Shown here: piece by piece, positions 24,635 through 39,189 of the stretch
Position numbering within the stretch: position 1 is the first letter of the stretch
Layout of the letters: every line of letters starts with the position of its first letter
NCBI GenBank assembly: GCA_030390025.1
Contig: CM059432.1
Location: 88,848,001 to 88,912,000, forward strand
Direction: 5' to 3'
DNA from: Squalus acanthias
Taxonomy: Eukaryota
Length of the DNA: 64,000 nucleotides
Notes under the pieces: model-generated
What the model was told of the DNA's origin: nothing
Database searches by the model: none
What the model saw: the letters and a program-made list of their open reading frames with translations, nothing else
Translations under genes and position numbers: made by a program

Positions 24635-24839
24635 ATCCATCCAGAGGACTTTTTCATGTATAATTTCATCTCCCTCTCTTCTGTCTCACATTGTGAAAAA
24701 AAATCAGCAGAATTTGTTGTACCCACGACTTCATCACTCTCTCGAGTTGATTAATGCAGATCTCACTGGCTTGAATAGAGTATCATTAATAATATTTCTC
24801 CTGTTATATCTTGCACAAATCTCATTCCTGCAAATTAAG
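24635..24839 (+). other. Exon-shaped open segment or conserved non-coding element, unresolved
   Basis: Acceptor TTTAATTTGATTATTGCTTAG, donor AAG|GTAAGA, one open frame; the peptide is not recognisable. Confidence 0.2.
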
Positions 24840-25696
24840 GTAAGATATCTCGTCAATACAGCACCTTGTGGATGGGAGCCAGACTGAATGCTGGTGACTT
24901 TTTAACTCATACCACTGCACACTCCCTGTTATTAATGTATATCAGTACTTCTGCCGTGTCACAAGAAGAGACAAACAATCAGAGCCCGAAAATTTTCCTT
25001 CATTTTCTGGCCTGCCTAGCCAGAAAAACATAACCCAAAATTATTCAGAGGAAAAATAAAAATTTCTGTTATCTTCTCATACGCAGATAACAAAGCCCCA
25101 GCCTAATATGTTCTGATATTTTTTTCACTCATTTATCATATGACCTTTCTTGCTATCAATAATACTGTAGAAGGATACAGCAGATATGTTGAGATGAAGG
25201 TGCATAGAAGTCAGATTGCTTCCAAAAGTAATAGCGGTCAGCCATACCAATTTATGCTTGCATTCAAAATAGAGGTGTCTGGAGGAGAGAATTTGTTATT
25301 AAAATTTGATATTGCTGTCTAGGCACTGCCACCTAGAATTTGCAACTTTCAGTTGTGATGGGAGCACTAAGGGGGTTAAATGAATTTCTGTTTGAATTAT
25401 GGTATTAATAAAATACAACACAGTTATTCAGGCATTCATAGTGTTTGAAATAAAATTTAGTAATACCTATTTAAAGGATTTGATAAGCATTTCCTTTTAG
25501 TCCCAGTGTGTAGAATCACGTCATCATTATTAGTCATATATGTTTTTTGCAATTATGTTACACTCAAAAGATAACTTTAAATATTTTTTATTAGCCAAAT
25601 AATTATAACCTTGATTTAGATGAAACACGGTTTGTTTTGCAATTTGAATACCTTTAATTACTTAGTATTTTAGCTTTAGCTTTAACATTCTATCAG

Positions 25697-26370
25697 GTAG
25701 AAATTAGTTGCGGCTCATTTTTGGGCCCAAATTAGGCAACGCAATTCAAGTGCGTGCCAGAAGCCGGAGTCCCGAGGATCACCTGAAATTGGGCCTCTGG
25801 CCTCATTTTAATAGGAGAGGAGAACTGCCACTGCCTGTCACGCCTTCAGAGGCAGCCCGCCCGACATCGGGGATAAAATTTGGGCCTTCTGCTTTGCCCA
25901 CAGTAGCCCTTAGGTAAGTCCTGGTGTGGGAGCAGAGACAAACGTGGGGAGTGCAGTGCAGTGGAGCCGGGAGGAGCACTCCTGCTTTTCCTGGGTCCAT
26001 AGGAGGGGAAGTACAAAAAATGTTCTTTACCATCTCTTTGGCAGCCTCCAGTGGTCCCTTTAATGACCACTGGTTAGACTGATATAGAACTGGAAAAATT
26101 AGTTGGAGCATGTGCAGTGCACAATCCGCCTAGATTTTCATGACTCTTGCAGCAAGATACTGAAATAGACGCAGGACCCTTTTTTGCATATTTAAATTCA
26201 ATGCTGATTTCAGGCAGCTGCCAGGGACATATAAAATTAATGAGGACCAATATGGCGGTGGTCATGCTGCCATTGCTTATCTGACACAGGACCTCATGCC
26301 CAGAAATTGGTAAATATCATGCCCATTTAAAATCCAAAAAACGGTTGAAACGCATACCAAATTCTGCCCC
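25697..26370. mobile_element. Degenerate GC-rich MITE-like insertion
   Basis: Sharp GC rise within AT-rich DNA; ends GGTAGAAATT / AATTCTGCCCC; internal motifs shared with other MITEs here. Confidence 0.5.
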
Positions 26371-29300
26371 ATTAGTGCTAGTTTTAGATAATGAAGCAAT
26401 TAAATAAACCAAAAATCAAATGACACTTTGTGATCTACCTGAAAAATTGTTATCTGTGAAAATGGAGGCATGTATGATGCATGAGAATTTTCCTTTTAAA
26501 TGTATCATTGTTTGGTTTTATCTTTGTTTTGTATTTTTTGGAAATGTAATGCTGATATTAAAGATCCTGTCCTTTAAATCTAAAAGAATAACATGCTTGA
26601 GGTGACGTTCCAAACAGAGGTCTTCTAAATGGGTCCCTAAGAGACCTGCACATATGAAATTAATTGTTAAATTCTGGCCATAACAAGCAAAGAGTGAGCG
26701 AAGATTCTGAAGTTTAAACTGTAATGAATGAATGTTGTGCTTTGATATTCTTAATAACGACATTCAGCAGTTTCTCACATCAACTGCATACATTTGATTC
26801 AATTTATTTTTTTTGCACACATTTAAATGCATTCCACTTTCAGTAGCAATTGTAGTATTTTTCAAACCATGGAAACTGCCAAGTATTGTTTGCATAGATT
26901 AAATTCTTAAGAAAATAAAATTTTCTGTATTCAGTTGTTATGCAATAACCGCAAATTTTCTCTCTAAGTCTAGACATTCTACCTGAGGACACCAATAAAT
27001 TCATCTATCAGTGCAGACTGTAAGACACCCACAGTTTGAGCAGTCATTTCCAAAGTGGAGATTGCATTTATGCAGCGATGAAAATAACTGGTAGCATAGC
27101 AATTTGTTTTGTTGAATGGTTGCATTGCTATGCATTTTAAAGTTTGATTTGTTGATATACTTCCGTGATCTGAAATATTTACCTCAAATTGACTCATATG
27201 GTATTAAAAAACAACTGCTGATCAGAATTCATGCACAGCTAATTGTGCTTTAATTATGGATTGGATGCACTGTCTGGCACAGGAGTAAAAAGCAAAGACA
27301 GGAACTAGTACAATTAAAAGTGGGGAGTGTCACTTAATGTTCAAATTACACAAGGGGTAAGATAATACAATACAATCACTAGTGACTGGAATTTGTCCTA
27401 CGAAGAGGTACTGTCCTCCATTTCAATGATTCTGCATTTTACTTCGATCTCGTAATGGCATCTGCATAAAGGAGAGAAATACTCTAGTCAGAAATACAAC
27501 CCAAATATACACCTTGTGCTGCTTAAAAATAAAATTAGGGTCAGGTTCATTAATTTCAATGCACCTGCCTTGTAAATTGGTTTAAGTGGCTAGTTTTTGA
27601 AATGTAGTACTTAAATTCACACTGACAATTTTTGTGTGTGATAGAAATGCAATATAGCATTGGAGGCAATGCTTTAAAGTGAATAGAGAATAGGACATGA
27701 CCATGAGTGGAGATAGAACGTTAATTTCATAAATGGAAAGACAATTTAATTCACAAGCCCAGCAGAGACTTCTGAATTATTCAGATCTTTTAACAAGAAA
27801 AATAAAAATCAGGATTTCAGTGCCTCCTGTATATTTAAGTGATATTCACTGCAGTTTTCGTGTTTACAAGACAATAAATGGTTTCCGCATGCTGAATAAA
27901 TAGGAAGATAAGTTTCCCTGGAAGAGCGGTTTTCACTGGGTACACTCAGCAACTGCAGCATCCTGAAATATTGTGCTGTATGTTTTGTTTGCAGTTGGTG
28001 GTATAACAATTTTCTTTGTAATTTTTGAATTATTTTATGATTTTTTTAAATTAACATGCCAGATTTTTTTTGTGTTAAAAAATAATAATTTTGCTTTGTA
28101 GTTTCATCAGATGTCAGAAAATCTTAAAAGTTTTAACATTATAGCAATTGCATTATTTTAATAAACACTTACCAGGAAATAATTGCCTTTGCCCAGAGAT
28201 ACTGGTGGCAGTGCACAGTTGCTTTAGAATTCTTTCGGACAGGTGGGAGATTCTTTTGTTTTCATTGGCTGATAGCTGACAAGTTACAAGTTGTTTTGAG
28301 TTTTGATTGGTCAGTTCTACAATGGGGTAAAACAGCTCTGATGAAACTATTGACATTATCTATGATTCTGTCAGCCAGCTGACCATTTTCCGATTAGCTC
28401 ATTTGAGCATAATAATTTTCCAAACTGCCTTCAGGAGAGGAGGTGAGGAAATTGGAGAAGATATAAGTTGAAGAAAATTGGAAAAAGATCCTAAATACAC
28501 ATATACTGCAGGTCTGACTGAGTTATGGTGCTCCTACTGATTCAACAGATAAAGAACTATTAATGGAAACTTCAGTCTTTGAACTAACATTGGAACATCG
28601 TACACTGCTGATGACCATTCGGTGTAATTTCACACAAGTGCTTTTGTGATTGAAGGAGACTTTTATGATATCAATTTGATATATCCTCATTCCTTATGTG
28701 AATACAGTTTTTTAAATTATTTTGTATTTAAGTAAATAAGGAACCAACCCCCTTCCATCTACGTGTCTCTGAGTGAGCTGGAATGAAAGATGTAATCCAG
28801 AGTCCCTACAACATGTGTTACCTGGGAAACAGATTCAGATTCAGGTTGGACAAGAATAAGGAGCTTCTGTCTGCCTCTGCTCATCTACACGTTAAATAGT
28901 GGCCTTGTAAGGTAGTTGGAGGGCTACTCTGCTCCTGACTATAAGAATTCCTCTTATTGATAATTTAGCTAAAAAGTCAGCATGGATATAAAATGGGATT
29001 TCCTGTCTTGTACTCACGTCAACTTTTTAATTTAAATTATTGACAGGAGGAATTTCAGTCCAAGTTGTTTTGTGTATTTAAATTAGAGTGGTGGTGATTC
29101 TGTCACCAGCAAAGCCAAATTACATACAGGTTATTTCCTAAGAATTTGATTTTTAGCTTTTCACACAAGTAAAATATTGATCCTGAGGGCAGTAGAGTTA
29201 GCAGTCATACACAGAAAATATCTGGGTTTATTCCAATTGTGACTGATTGCAGTAATTGAATTGTGACTTTTCCACTCCCAAGTTATTGGATTGAATATCT

Positions 29301-30082
29301 CTGGGAATAAATCTGGTGAATAGTCAATTGCCCCCAGCAATACCCAACTGTTTACCAGGAATAAAAGTATAATTTAAATGTATCCATATAGAAAGTTGAA
29401 ACCTCATTCTGTTCAGCTTTTCTATGTGGCGTAAATTTGAATGTTAGTATCCATTTGAATCTCAAAACTGTGCTGCGTTTTACATATTAGCTGATAGGAT
29501 AGGAATGTTCATAACATTGTACAACTTATTTTCTCTTTGAACATTAACAAGAGGTTTACATTTACAAATTAGGGGTTGCTTCTTATAATTTTGTTACTTT
29601 TGACTGACATTTTATAGAAATAAAAATACAATGAAATGTAAAACATGCTTTAGGTTTCCATTCTTTCTCCATGAAAAAATACTCCTGGATAAGTTTTGTC
29701 TTTTCATTGTTACAAAAAATCTCTCAGATATTTAAAGAAAATAGTCCAAATTATACTTTTTTGGAAGTGGGGAAGATAATGGCAGATCTACTGCCACACT
29801 TATGGAGCACCTTATGTAGAAATAAAGTGAACATTTAGAAGTTTTCAAGTTATTTAAAATTTAAAGACTCATCTTATTGCTGCCAGATGTGAGTAAAATC
29901 AGTCAACATCTATCAAAAATCTGGCTAATGGAGTTGATGATTTTTAATCTCAATATTTGTTGGACAAGTTTTGATCTTTCAGAATACACTTAATATGTTA
30001 GAAAAATCTTCATATTTCCATCAAAGTCTGTAACCTCACATAGTTGCCTCCAGTGTCAAAGGGATGCCGAGTCTGCCTGCTA

Positions 30083-30117
30083 CCAATCAGTGAAAGGTTG
30101 CCATGGTTACAAGGTCA
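30083..30117 (+). promoter_or_regulatory. Candidate enhancer module: CCAAT box, RFX X-box and nuclear-receptor half-site
   Basis: CCAATCAG (30083-30090), GTTGCCATGGTTAC (30097-30110), AAGGTCA (30111-30117). Motif match only. Confidence 0.4.
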
Positions 30118-33100
30118 GGAAATATGCCTTTTCCCCTGGTTGTCCAGGGCTCGCACATGTCACTTCTGAAACTATGAATTTTATATACAGGTCACAAGAT
30201 GCATATCAAACAAAATAACCAGCAAAGCACGGTATAATGACAGTTAATGTTCAAACGCCTTGAATTTTCAAATTTTTCTTTTTGCAAAAAAGCATTGTCA
30301 TCTTAAACAGATTGTATCATTTATATGAAATGATAGCAATTATTGTAATGCAAATTTCCCTAGTCATTATGAAATGTAGTATGTTGTATTTTAATATAGT
30401 TTAACAGATAGAGGAATATATATTTATATTCATAAAACAAAAAAATATTAAATACCCCCATACCTTTGCAATTGTAAATAGTAATTATCAAAACCCTTGT
30501 AATTGTGTGAAATGTAAGTGTCCCAATATAATGAAATTCAAGAAAATGGACATATTCATGCAATATTTATCTGTAGACAAGATGCAGGTAGAGATCTAAA
30601 TGGATTGCAGATTGTTCATCCTTTGAAGTATAAAGTCTCTTTAGTCAAATGAGGCAGTTTAATGTAATTTGCATAAGTTTAGAAACTGCTTTGACATCAT
30701 TAGTATTTTAAGTGATTTGTAATAGAAACCTTTGGTTTTTGAAATATATGTGTCTAGTTAAATAAATCGCTCGCCATGTGTATTGACCACAGCACTAATT
30801 TTTGGAGATTTATTATTATACCACAGATAAGATAGGTCAAGTAAATTCTTTATAGCTCTTCCCTCTTAGCCTAATGTGTTTGTTAGTTTGTTCATTTGAA
30901 AAGTTTTACACATTTTCATACTGTGAACCAAATTAATCTTTATGAGCACACAATGGGCCTGATTTTACTCTTTCACACACCAATGCAATTATCGTTATGC
31001 TTCAACCAGTACTAACTCCTGAAATTATATATTTTTTCATTTTGTGTCACATCCCCTCATTTAAATATTTAAATTATTGCTTTTGTGGATATTTTGATTC
31101 ATGGCAACCATTTCCATATTTTGTATACAGGTCAAATTATTGTTGTAAGTCGTCTTATTGTTTTCTATTCTTTTCATGGGCTGTTTTTGTGTGTGTATAT
31201 ATAATGTTATATATTGTTTTAATTGGCCAAGATTAGACTCCTGCTTTGACATGGTAATGAGTTATTGGAGATAATAATCAAAGATAAAAATATAACGAGA
31301 ATGCAGTTACGCAGAGATACCTTTTGGATTCTCCAATGTGTTTTGGTCTAAACATACAAGGGGCAACTTCTGTGGTGCTTCACATATCTGCAAGTCTTCC
31401 CTGATTTATAATGGCACACCCTGTTCTCTGAGCATTGGCAGTAGCTCCCTATCACTGGAATTTAAAGAGGGGGTAAATCTGGAAGTAAATCAATAACTGA
31501 TGTTTTGCCATAGCACCAGTAGAAAATACAATTTATGCCATGTTCAAAAGGGAGGGGGACAGGGAGAGAGAGAGTTGGGGAGAAGTTGGGAAATCATTTC
31601 ATGTTTATTTAAAAATAGATGAGTATCTTTTACTTATATCAATAATTAATTTTGTGGATAGAAGCTGTATATTGTCGATTATCATACTTTTAAATTACAA
31701 AATCAGTTTCTGTCACACTTTGACAAAACAAATGAAATTTTGAACTATTGATAAATATTAAAATATTGAACAGTAGCTACAATGTAACTAATTTTGCAGG
31801 AGAATTTATACTCACCATCAAAAATAAATCATTGGAATTTCTTTAATGTATAAAAATGTCAACATTGTTTGAGTTTAAATGAAATATTTTCACAAATAAT
31901 ATTTCACGTGGTAAATAGACTCATATCTATAATGGTGAATACAGAAAATGGATATTTTTGTGCCCTGTGTATACGAGATATAAACCCACACAGTTTATAT
32001 TTTATAATCTGGGGGTTTGAATGTACATTTGTGTTTCTTTACCAACCATATAAATGTGTAGTAATAAATGTTGACCATGTCAAAAAATTATGTGGCATAA
32101 AGGGCGTTAATGATGGTGTATGGCCATAGGACAATAAAAAATTATGCCTTTACGGGTCACATTTATCATTTTAAGGTTTATTATTTCTGTCTTACTAAAA
32201 TTTAAAACGAGATCTTTACCTTCATCCATTTAATCTAAAAAATACATTTTTTTAGTCCATCTGTGAATAATACCTTTTTTACCTTGCATTTATTTTTTTT
32301 CCTGGTAATGTTTGAAGTACATCTCATAGTTGGTTCAATGACATTAAAAGCCTGAAATAGATTAAAATGGGACATGAAATACAATAGAATAGATATCGGC
32401 CTACCTGCATTCTGCACTGTGGCTTTTGTTCAGCTGCATATGGCTTTTTTTTCCGCTCAGGAAAGATTAGTCTTCACAGACAATGATAACAATCCAGCCT
32501 ATTTTCGCAGAAAGCAGCATTCAAATCAGAAACTAAGTACATTTATTTTCGACAGACAATTTACCCCATGATGAGATGTGCTTTCACTTATTTTCTTCCG
32601 ACATTCTAGCATCCAGCAACACAGCAGGCATCCTGAGGTTAGACTTCAAATAAAGGATAACGATGCTTGTATATTAATAGATTCATTGTATGAATAATGT
32701 CATATTATTGCAGCATTTATTTCTTTCAGTTCAGTCTTAAAAATTGCTTCATAATTGAACTAGTAATTTTAACATAGGTTCAGGTGAATTTATCTGCATT
32801 TTGTTCTGTCATCAGTGGGGGGAAATAGCCTATAAATGCTTGCCTTTTAGTCGATTCATTCTGCATGAGCTTTGTGCTATTTATTATTGCTAATTTTCAT
32901 ATATTGCAAGTCAAAAAATACATTCTTGTTCAGACATTACCATAAAAATATTGCAAATATCCATTCATGAGTCATTTACCTTCTACCAGGATCCTTAGAT
33001 TAACTAAAATCTGTGGTGTAGGACAAACCTCTCTTTCACATTATTTATGAATATTGAAGATTGTGATTTGACTCTCTAATTTTTCTAATGGCTTTCAAAT

Positions 33101-34601
33101 GATAAGTACATGGCTCATGCTATTAATATATTTTAATAGGTGTATGTAATTATCATTTCATTGAAATGTATTAGTTTCTAATCCATTATTTACTGTACAT
33201 TGGACTCATCATAACAATGTTTTTGATCATTTGTGGTTTAAATCAAACTTGTAATATGAGTGCCATTTCTTATGTTTTGGCCTACGATAATAGGATTATT
33301 TGCATTTTTTTCAGTTTAGAATACTTGATTTACTGTTATTATAAATAGTTTAATTAGGATAAGGTATTAAAAGGTCTTATTTAATCAATAAAGATTGTGA
33401 CCTTCTGTTTTTAGCAGCCAAGCTAATCAGGAACACTGTAACTAATGATTTGTATGAATCAGAACTTGTTTTCCTACTGCTATTTCATAACGACAAGGCC
33501 CTATTATGCTACCTCATGCGTTTTCCCCTTCACTGACCTTTTTGTATGGCCACTGAGTTGGGTTCATATATCTCGTAGCCAGGGTACAACCCAGACCATT
33601 AGCCAGTCCCTAAACCACTACCATGAACCATCAGCCCCATGATTTCTGCAGTTCATTCATTTTGCAGCTTCCTAACGATCTCTGCCCCAGCTCTAAATCC
33701 TGCTTTTATTGTAGACGGAGCTGACAACAGGCAGCCTTGTCTTTCATTTCCTTGATGTACTTTGTACTGCAGTATGGCTTTTGTTAGTATTGATGCAAAC
33801 ATTACCATAAACCACCACCTAGGGACTAGAAACAATTGACTAACTGTTTTCAAATCCAATACACTTAAGTTGATCAGACACAAAGTTTAAGTACAGTTAG
33901 CTGTAGAAACACCATTGCTGTGTGGTCTCGGCCTGCATCGACTCGAGAGAGAGCAAGGCCAGTGTAATGCAGGGGCCCATATTGTGCATCAGTGAATTTC
34001 ATGACACAACTGATGTCTAGATGATGGAGCTTGTAATTGTTCCAAATATGGGTGTAAATTTCTCAAACTTTGGAGTTTGGGAAGAATATCCATTTATTAC
34101 TACCCGAGAATAATAATTTACAAAATCAAATTTATGTTTAGAAATGTGACTATTTTCTGAACAAGCTTATCCATTCTTTTTTTAATAAGAAGTACATTTT
34201 AATATGTTCTGGAAAAAAAAAATTAAATGGCAAAGAAACTGGACTCATTATGAATACATTTTCTGTTGCTTGTGAAACAATTTCTAAGTCACATGCATTA
34301 TTTATCTAAAACTGTGTCTGACCCTTTTTTTGTAAAGGGAGCAATAGTAGGGTCATTTGCTGTTTGAGCTTGGATAGATTCTGGAGTCGAGCTTTTGTAA
34401 AGAACCATTCAGGTCTATTTTCTATTCCATGCTTCAAAGCTGTCAGCTGCATCTTTGATGTTTCTTCTTAAATTAAGCAATACCGAGCAAAACAAAGAAA
34501 GAGGTAGAAATGAAGAGGACTTACGTTCATTGCCAGTTCAGTTTCTGCTTCTGCAGTCATTTCAATGCTGCATACTTAATCACTTGTAGCCTTTAATGGT
34601 A

Positions 34602-34648
34602 AATGTATGTATAATATATCAATGTATGTATAATATATCAATGTATCA
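34602..34648. repeat. 19-bp tandem duplication
   Basis: AATGTATGTATAATATATC twice plus a partial copy. Confidence 0.9.
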
Positions 34649-36399
34649 ACTCTATGCATTTATTCAGAATTATATTGGATAAATTTAAAAATGAAAATAC
34701 CAACACAGTGAAGCTTTTCTTCTGAGCTTGAACCTATGCAAAAGAGAAAATACATATATATCTGAACAAAAGCAGATAGAAAGGTGCTAAGCATACAACA
34801 ATGTTACACTGCGCAATTTGTGTAGTAACTCCATGTTTAGGGAGTTCCACTTTTGTAGTTTTGTTTCTAAAACACTATTAAAATAAAATAAAATGCCTTG
34901 AGTTTTGTATCACACTTTTCCCATGCCATACTGTATTTTGTCAATACTGTGAAGATATGGCAGATTCTGGTGTGTTCATTTTTTTTAAGGCTACTAGTTG
35001 ACTTATAAATGTGATTAAATTAGTAATCAGTACTGCAGAGAATGAAGCGGAGATGAGCTGATCATTCTACTGACAAAGTGCAATTGGAATTCTCATTCCA
35101 CCATTGACATTTTAGCATCACGCATTGTCCTTGATGTCAGAGGTTTTTAGCTGATTATCTGTATCCGGTTAGATAAATAATGACAATTGATCAGTTTTAA
35201 CTGTCTTAGACAAAATCAGCAAATAGAATACCCACAGAGTTCCATATTACAAAGCAGAGTGACAGGCAGCTTACACAAAAGCACTTCATAAGGACAAGAA
35301 TTTATCTTCAACATAATAGTTACAAATAATAATGAGATATATCTTCAACAACTACATGAAGAAATGCACAGTGAATTCCAAATTTAATCGTTGGCACTTC
35401 TATTTAAAGAATTACTGATAAAAATATATATTATTATCTTGATTTATTTTCCATTCTGGCAAAGAAAGCTTTTGAATTTTTAACATTAACAATTATTTAA
35501 TGAACTAATATACAAGTTTGTTTTGTTACTTTTAAAAGAACATTTGAACTGTATGTTTTAACTTTTACAAGATCATTAGCGCTTTCTCATTAGTTTGTTG
35601 TATACTAGTGCAATTTGTCAGGATTAAAGTATTTATTTTACTAATGATTTGAAATACTGAAATTATAGCAAATCAATATTAAGTAGACATAGTCCTGTTA
35701 TCTGTATGAACCTTTCTTTTCACTGTTTTGAAATGAGAAATGTGTCTATATTCATTATATTAAATACAGGTGAAAAACATGAACAAGATACTGCATGTAA
35801 AATAAATTACGTTTTTCCCCTAAAACATAGCATTTTTTTTTAAATCAGTAAAGATAAATATTCTTCCTTTCACAAACAGTGGAAATTATTTTTGTAACTT
35901 TGATCATAAAAATAAGGCACATTTTCTTTTATGAAATCAGAAATTTAACAGAAAATGTCATTTAAAATATTCAAAGTTTGTTTTTGTCAAAGCTTATCAC
36001 ATGTTACTTTTTCAACATAGTGCAATTTAATATACATAATTGGCCTTTGTTGTATGTAAGATGTTGAGTATATTTCACAATTTAGTTTGCATTGTTAACA
36101 GCAGCATAGCAGCAAGTAGGATCTGTATTATAGACATGTAGGAATGCAGGAGTGATTTAAATGTAGAGTTCAGCATGTCTCACCCTTCTTGCCATTGCCT
36201 TATTTTTTAACCATCATCCAATAGACAGTATAAGATGTATAGGGGGTTGATAGCTTTGCTCACTAAATTTATGTGCAGAATTACAGGCTGCACAGTGCCA
36301 AAGATGGATTGTAAAAAGAGCTTTTTGTTGCATATGGACATTTTCAGTTTATTAATGTATTTCAAATGAATATCTTACCATTTGGCTTGGTTTAGTTAC

Positions 36400-36604
36400 C
36401 TTGCATAACTAGCCACACAGATGGATTTCAGGGGGAAAAGTGGTGAAAGCCAGAGATCATATTGATAAAGAAGGTAGTTGACACTCAGAGAAGATTTAGT
36501 GTCCGATTCATACACTGGTTGAAGAGCGTTAGGTATGGCTGATAGGAGAAGACCAATAGGAGGCATTGGTAATCCATGCAATTTTACTGGCACTGTAATT
36601 GAAC
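36400..36604 (-). CDS. Candidate internal coding exon of an unidentified host gene
   Basis: Acceptor TTTCCTTTTGTTTTAAAAG and donor AAG|GTAACT bracket a 205-nt single open frame (SITVPVKLHGLPMPPIGLLLSAIPNALQPVYESDTKSSLSVNYLLYQYDLWLSPLFPLKSICVASYA); GC is higher than in the flanks. Confidence 0.45.
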
Positions 36605-37934
36605 CTTTTAAAACAAAAGGAAACATTGACTCTTTACAGATTAGAGTGAGGTGTTATAGTATGTGACCTCATTGTTGTAACAATTACGCAAGCTTTTTTA
36701 AAAAAATATGACTTGTTTCACAGGACCAAAGAGAGATTTTCTTTAGCAGCATTAGAAATCAATAGGCATATTTAAACAGTAAAAGAGCTGACTGTAAACA
36801 GAAGTATACATTCATGTATTGTGCTTCTGTTATTTCAAAGAGATTAGTGTTATCAATAATGGAAATATAATTTTTCAGGTTTATAGTTTCCTTCATTTAA
36901 ACATGTATCGAATCAACAAGGACGTAGCATTCATAACAAGGATCATTTTCAACAAGCCACTGTCTCACTTGAGTATTTTTACACATGATTTAGAAGGTAC
37001 TAATTTCAGTATAAGATACACAGTATATTCAAATCTGTTTCCTCTGTGCCCCAGTTTTCCTTTCGCGTTTTTTTACAGCTTAAGGTTTCTGTGGTGATGC
37101 CACAGTTTACAACATTGCTATGCGGCTTTTGTTGTATTTTAATGTGCATTTGTATATGCTCACAGAGCTTTTTTTTCTCTCTTGTGGGATTAGAGAGCTT
37201 AGAGATGCAACCTATGAGACCTAAATGAGGCAGAAGCAAACAGTTCAGGGAGCAAGGTACTAGCTGGGACTTTATTCACCGCAAAATGTTTTCAGTCAAA
37301 AGTATACACAAATACCATTTTAGACAATAGTCCAATTTCATATTTGCACTTAGCATCTGTGATAGCACAGCACCATTTCCTACACACCCTTTGTGTGGAG
37401 TATAAAATGAACATTTTATTTTGTTTATGCCTCATTGTTGCCTAGTGTTATATCAATATTATAACAAATGAGCTTTTACATTATCAATATACTGGAAATA
37501 TCTGTTTAATGCTGTCCTCCGAAAGAAATGACAAAATCAAATGCTGAAAATAAACAACAGATCCATCAGCATCTGAAAAGAGGAAAGATAGGCTATGGTT
37601 TGGGGTCGAGACTGTCAGAAATGACAGCTACGTTGTGAAATAATTAAAGATCATGCTGAATATATTCATGGACTCTGTCCCACCAGGAAAACTACACTTG
37701 TCTAGCTATTGTATTTAAAATAATAATTAGTGATGCATAAGGCACATAATACGATACCGCACAACACCCAAGACCAATCCCACGATTTTTACTTAAGTGC
37801 AATTTTCACTACTTTTGTTACTCACCAGCACTTTAATTCTAATTAGGAGCATGTTGCAAAGTGCCAGTGACCTGCCTCTCTCTACCCATGTAAGAGTAAG
37901 GAAACTTTCCAGCTGGTACAGTAACCAGCTGGCC

Positions 37935-38166
37935 TTACAGTCAGCAGATGTTCACCTCCTGCTCTCTCGACCCCATTCCCACTAAACTGCTGACCACCCA
38001 ACTTCCGTTCCTGGTCCCCATGCTAGCTAACATTATAACTGGTTCCATCTCCTCAGATACTGTCTCTCCTCCCTCCCAAAACTGCCATCCTCATCCCCTC
38101 ATCAAAAATATTAGCCTCGAACCCTCTGTCCTTGCAAACTACCACCCCATCTCCAACCTCTCCAAG
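37935..38166 (+). mobile_element. L2 LINE RT fragment
   Basis: TSCSLDPIPTKLL...LANYHPISNL in ORF 37948. Confidence 0.8.
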
Positions 38167-38190
38167 GTAATTTTTTTTGTATTAGTCAAT

Positions 38191-39075
38191 GGGGGAGAAA
38201 TTCGGTATCGCCCTGTTTGGGGCGCAATTATCGGCCGGGCGCAAAGTTTAGCGCCTGGCGCTAATTATCGCCTCCGACTTTAAACTTGGCTTTTATCGCC
38301 CCTGGAGGTGATTGGAGCGCTAAATCAGGTGCTACACACCTCTCTTCAGGCGCTAACGCCGAGGAGCGAGGCGCTATCTCAGAGCGCTGGCGAAGCTCAT
38401 GTGATGTCGATCAGCAATGGAACACAGACACACTGGCGCTGGCCAGTTCTTAAAGGGGAGGGTCGATCTTGCTCTCCATCCATACCTTGCTCATTGCAGC
38501 CTTGAATCTCGGCCTGGAGAGACCTGTACATAAAATCTGCTGGAAAGAATAATGGAGAGGCCCAGGGAAAGATGTCAGAGTGCAGCCCCCATAGTCTCTT
38601 CTAAATTGATGTAAGGAAGATCAAATCAAAATGAACCTGCAAAGTGCTGCTCAGTACCCAAAACTCCTCAACACAGCGTTGAATATCTCCAGAAGTCACT
38701 CTCACTCAGAATGCGTGGTGCAAATATGTCGCCAAATAAAAGGCAGTAACCGGTCGGCTTTAAATAGTGCTCCCCCAGTCCCTTCCCGACTGCAAAACGC
38801 TACCCGCAACCTGTCATTGCTAGCGGCGGGCGGTAAGGCAGGGGGCGCCACTCAATTTCCACTCCGGGGCGCCCCAAGGGCGTTGCACCATGGAATGATG
38901 TCACAATCTGCGCGCGCAGGTGGTCGCAGTGGTAAGTTTTAGCGCCGCCGCACAATCTCAAGTTAAGTTCTCGAGCGGCACAAACATCGCTGCGCCCGGG
39001 CGTTAGCGGCTTAACGCCCCATTAGCGCCCTCTTAAGGCGCTAACGGGAGGCGCAACCAAGTGAATTTTTACCCC
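38191..39075. mobile_element. Harbinger-type MITE related to M1
   Basis: Ends GGGGGAGAAATTC / GAATTTTTACCCC; the terminal GGCGCTAACGGGAGGCGCAA is shared with M1. Confidence 0.75.
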
Positions 39076-39189
39076 TGAGTGTCTCCGCTTCCACCACTTC
39101 CGTTGGCAGCGAGTTCCAGGTACTCACCACTCGCTGTGTAAAAAAGTTTTCCCTCACATCCCCCCTGTATCTCTTGCCCAAAACTTGAA

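Noticed and set aside
20000..36300. Short 60-90 aa ORFs in the AT-rich island
   Set aside because: They show no recognisable domains or coding-like composition and are expected by chance.
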